From Candidatus Multivorans sp. (GTDB lineage: Bacteria; Acidobacteriota; Thermoanaerobaculia; Multivoradales; Multivoraceae), in NCBI GenBank assembly GCA_965224025.1, contig OZ245033.1, positions 512,001 through 576,000 of the forward strand: 64,000 nucleotides of DNA. The letters run 5' to 3'. Shown here piece after piece: positions 58,130 through 64,000 of this stretch. A program made the position numbers and the translations under genes. Position 1 is the first letter of the stretch. Each line of letters opens with the position of its first letter. The notes under the pieces were generated by a model that had not been told where the DNA came from, searched no databases, and saw only the letters and a program-made list of their open reading frames with translations.

Positions 58130-58540
58130 TCAGACCCGCGCCGCCACGTCGACTCGGGCCTGCGCCGTGTCCACGCGGTCCTTGAGTCCGGCCTGGTCCT
58201 CGAAGCTGGCGCGGTCGTACTCGGCAGCCAGCTCGTCGCGCTCGGTCGCGGCCGCGGCGGCGTCGATGTCCTCGGCAGGCTCCGCGGTCTCGGTGAGCAC
58301 CGCCACGGTGTCGTCGGCGACTTCGCAGAAACCCGGCGCCACCGCGACGAAGCGGCGTGGACCGCCGGCCGACGGCTGGTAGCTCAGTTCACCCGGCCGC
58401 AGCGTGCTGATCAACGCCGTGTGCCCGGGCAGGATGCCCATGTCGCCCTTGCGACCGGGCAGGCCGACGTCCGAGCACTCGACTTCGAGCAGCTTCTCGG
58501 CGTGGGTCACCAGGATGAGGTTCAAGCCGGCCACGTTCAT
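58130..58540 (-). CDS. atpC: ATP synthase epsilon subunit
   Basis: LPGRKGDMGILPGHTALIS.LRPG, GFCEV; position after atpD. Confidence 0.92.
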   Translation of the reverse strand: MNVAGLNLILVTHAEKLLEVECSDVGLPGRKGDMGILPGHTALISTLRPGELSYQPSAGGPRRFVAVAPGFCEVADDTVAVLTETAEPAEDIDAAAAATERDELAAEYDRASFEDQAGLKDRVDTAQARVDVAARV

Positions 58541-58569
58541 TCGCTCCGCTGGTTCCGCTTCCAGGCCGT

Positions 58570-60202
<1,633 letters not shown>

Positions 60203-60218
60203 CTATGTCCTGCTCCCG

Positions 60219-60282
60219 GATGCGGGCAGGGATGCCCGCGTGCCCAGGTCAGATGCGGTCAGGGATGCCCGCGTTCCCAGGT
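60219..60282 (+). repeat. Two tandem REP family A half-copies (33-nt period) in the atpG-atpD spacer
   Basis: GATGCGGGCAGGGATGCCCGCGTGCCCAGGTCA / GATGCGGTCAGGGATGCCCGCGTTCCCAGGT. Confidence 0.8.
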
Positions 60283-60302
60283 TGTGTGTGCCTCTCTCGT
60301 CT

Positions 60303-61193
60303 CTATCCCTCAAGGGCGTTCGCGCCGGAGACCACTTCGATCAACTCGGTCGTGATCTCGGCCTGGCGCGAGCGGTTGTATTGCAGGGTCAGCGTGTCGA
60401 TCAGTTCGCCGGCGTTCTTCGTCGCACTGTCCATCGCCGTCATCCGGGCCGCGTGCTCGGCAGCCTGCGACTCGAGCAGCACGCGGTAGATCTGGAAGGT
60501 CACGAAGCGCGGCAGCAGGTCGTTCAGAATCTCGGCCTCGGACGGCTCGCACAGGTAGTCGCGATGGTCACCGTCTGAAGCGCTGCCCTCTTCTCCGACC
60601 ACGTGCTCCCGTGCGATGGGCAGCAGGCGTTCCCAGCTCACCCGCTGGCTCAGCACGGAGATGAACTCGTTGTAGACCGCGTAGACCGCGTCGTACTCGC
60701 CGTCGGAGAAGGCCTTGGAGACCTCGGCCGCCAGCTCCTGGGCGGTGCCGTAGTTCAGGTCGCGGAACAGGCCGCGGCGGACGCCGCGCATCGGGCTGCC
60801 GCGGTGCGTGAAGAAGTCGGCGCCGCGGTTGCCCAGGGCGAGAATCTCGCCGCCGCCATTCAGCGTGGCCATTTCCTGCTCGGCCCGGCGCTGGACGTGG
60901 GCGTTGAACGCGCCGCAAAGGCCCTTGTCGCCCGTGACCACCATGACCAGGGTCTTGCCCGAGCCGGCCTCGCCGCCCGCCGGCGTCAGCAGCGGATGCT
61001 CCACCTCGCTCGCCGACACGGCGGCGAGATGCTCCGTCACCTTGCGCAGTTCCAGGGCGTACGGACGCGTGGCGAGGATCTGGTCCTGCGCGCGACGCAG
61101 CTTCGCCGCGGCGACCATCTTCATCGCCTTGGTGATCTGCTGCGTGTTCTTCACCGACCGGATGCGCCGGCGAAGATCGATCAGGCTCGCCAT
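60303..61193 (-). CDS. atpG: ATP synthase gamma subunit
   Basis: ITKAMKMVAAAK, DKGLCGAFN, ARMTAMDSATKNA, RQAEITTEL. Confidence 0.97.
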   Translation of the reverse strand: MASLIDLRRRIRSVKNTQQITKAMKMVAAAKLRRAQDQILATRPYALELRKVTEHLAAVSASEVEHPLLTPAGGEAGSGKTLVMVVTGDKGLCGAFNAHVQRRAEQEMATLNGGGEILALGNRGADFFTHRGSPMRGVRRGLFRDLNYGTAQELAAEVSKAFSDGEYDAVYAVYNEFISVLSQRVSWERLLPIAREHVVGEEGSASDGDHRDYLCEPSEAEILNDLLPRFVTFQIYRVLLESQAAEHAARMTAMDSATKNAGELIDTLTLQYNRSRQAEITTELIEVVSGANALEG

Positions 61194-61229
61194 CGTTCGG
61201 GACTACCCAAAAAAACGTCTTTGCCGGTC

Positions 61230-62768
<1,539 letters not shown>

Positions 62769-62865
62769 GTTCTCTCTACTCCCTTGGGATGCGCCCCGGG
62801 CTTCGGAGCGTCTCGAAGTCCTGACTGTCGCTAGGCGGCAGCCCCGGAGTTTGGCGACTCCGCCG

Positions 62866-63414
62866 TCAACCTGGATTCCCCTCTGTCAACCTGGACTCGA
62901 GCGCGGCCAACTGGCCCCGAACGGTCGCGTCGTAGCGGTAACTGCCGAACTGCGCCACGAAGCCGCCGATCAGACTCGGATCGACCTGCGCTTCCAACCG
63001 CACCTCGGCGCCGGAGAGCCGCTCGAGGGCTCCCTGGAGCCGCGCCTGCTGATCGGCATCGAGCTCCTCGGCCGCGGTCACGGTGGCGCTGACCACGCCG
63101 CGGGCGCGGTCGAGCAGCTCGTCGATCGCCTCGAGGATCGCCGGCAGGTGCACCAGGCGGTAGTTGTCGAGCAGCAGCCGGAGCAGCCGCCGCGTCAACT
63201 GCCCGGCTTCCAGCATGTCGGCGATCTCGTCGACCACCTCCCGCTTCGTCGCCGGCGGCACGCCCGGGTTCGAGGCCATGCGGCCCAACCGCGGCACGGC
63301 GCGCATCGCGTCCGCGAGGGCGGCCAGTTCGTCACGGGTGGCCTGGGCCACGTCGAGCGAACCGGCGGCGCCCATCAGCGCCTGCGCGTAGGGCCTCGCG
63401 TACCGGTAGATCAT
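62866..63414 (-). CDS. atpH: ATP synthase delta subunit
   Basis: [26 protein letters not shown]. Confidence 0.92.
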   Translation of the reverse strand: MIYRYARPYAQALMGAAGSLDVAQATRDELAALADAMRAVPRLGRMASNPGVPPATKREVVDEIADMLEAGQLTRRLLRLLLDNYRLVHLPAILEAIDELLDRARGVVSATVTAAEELDADQQARLQGALERLSGAEVRLEAQVDPSLIGGFVAQFGSYRYDATVRGQLAALESRLTEGNPG

Positions 63415-64000
63415 CGCGCGTCCGCTCCGGATGACGTCTCGTCGGCGCGGCTCTCCAGGCTGAGCAGTCCGCGATCGAGGATGCGCCGGCGCGCGGCCGA
63501 ATCGACCTCCCGCTCCAGGCGGGCCGTCGCCAGTGAAGTCGCGAGTCGCGCCGCGTGCTGCGCGAGCTCGACCCGAGCCCGCGCCGCGCGGCTCCGGATC
63601 TCGGCGCGGGTCTGTTCCATCATCCGCTCGCGCTCGCGCTCGGCCAGCGCGACGATCTCCTGTGCCTCGCGCTCGCCCTGCCGCTCCGCGCGCTCGACGG
63701 CCTGCGCGACCTCCGCCTCCAGCGCGGCGAGTTGACCGGCGAGGCCTTCGCGCAACTCCTCGGCGTCGGCCCGCTGACGGCGGGCGGTCATCAGGCTGTC
63801 GCGGATCTGGATGCGGCGATTCTCGAGCGCGGCCGCGGCCTTGGGCCAGATCAGGTAGCCGAGCCCGCCGAAGAACACGAGCATGTTGAACCAGGAGAAG
63901 ATCCACCGCGGCAGGCCCAGGAAGTGAGTCGCTTCGCCGTGGCCGCCGACTTCGGCGCCCAACGCCGCGGCCGCGCCGGCGAACAGCGTCCAGAGCAACA
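63411..64000 (-). CDS. atpF: ATP synthase b subunit (5' end runs off the window)
   Basis: TM segment WFNMLVFFGGLGYL followed by long coiled coil; position before atpH. Confidence 0.85.
   Translation of the reverse strand, partial: LLWTLFAGAAAALGAEVGGHGEATHFLGLPRWIFSWFNMLVFFGGLGYLIWPKAAAALENRRIQIRDSLMTARRQRADAEELREGLAGQLAALEAEVAQAVERAERQGEREAQEIVALAERERERMMEQTRAEIRSRAARARVELAQHAARLATSLATARLEREVDSAARRRILDRGLLSLESRADETSSGADAR

Noticed and set aside
60219-60282. Possible CRISPR array
   Set aside because: Only two adjacent REP half-copies with no unique spacers; no cas genes in the window

Overview
High-GC bacterial chromosome segment. The gene content (carboxypeptidase-regulatory-domain secreted proteins, a secreted ankyrin-repeat protein, Co-type nitrile hydratase, atpD with [13 protein letters not shown]) suggests an Acidobacteriota-like, possibly host-associated organism; this is inference only. 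Housekeeping genes: atpF-H-A-G-D-C, glycyl-tRNA ligase, folD, msrA, HMG-CoA synthase, tRNA-Gln(CTG) and tRNA-Ser(GCT). These are interleaved with accessory and decaying DNA: two related DDE insertion sequences with 5-bp target duplications, an internally deleted IS3, an ISL3 remnant, a restriction-modification/defence cluster, TA genes, several pseudogenes and several families of palindromic REP-like repeats. The main finding is an IS110-family element (22739-24446) inserted into a REP. Its left non-coding end encodes a bridge RNA that can be read from sequence: four guide segments match the left and right target and donor sequences at its own junctions, circularisation would create a TTGCTA-N17-TACCTT promoter, and a second guide-matching left junction survives at 38049-38073. 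Other oddities are a roughly double-length GlmS, a two-copy ~110-nt hairpin repeat with compensatory base changes, and a sigma54 activator/promoter/porin unit without glnK-amtB.
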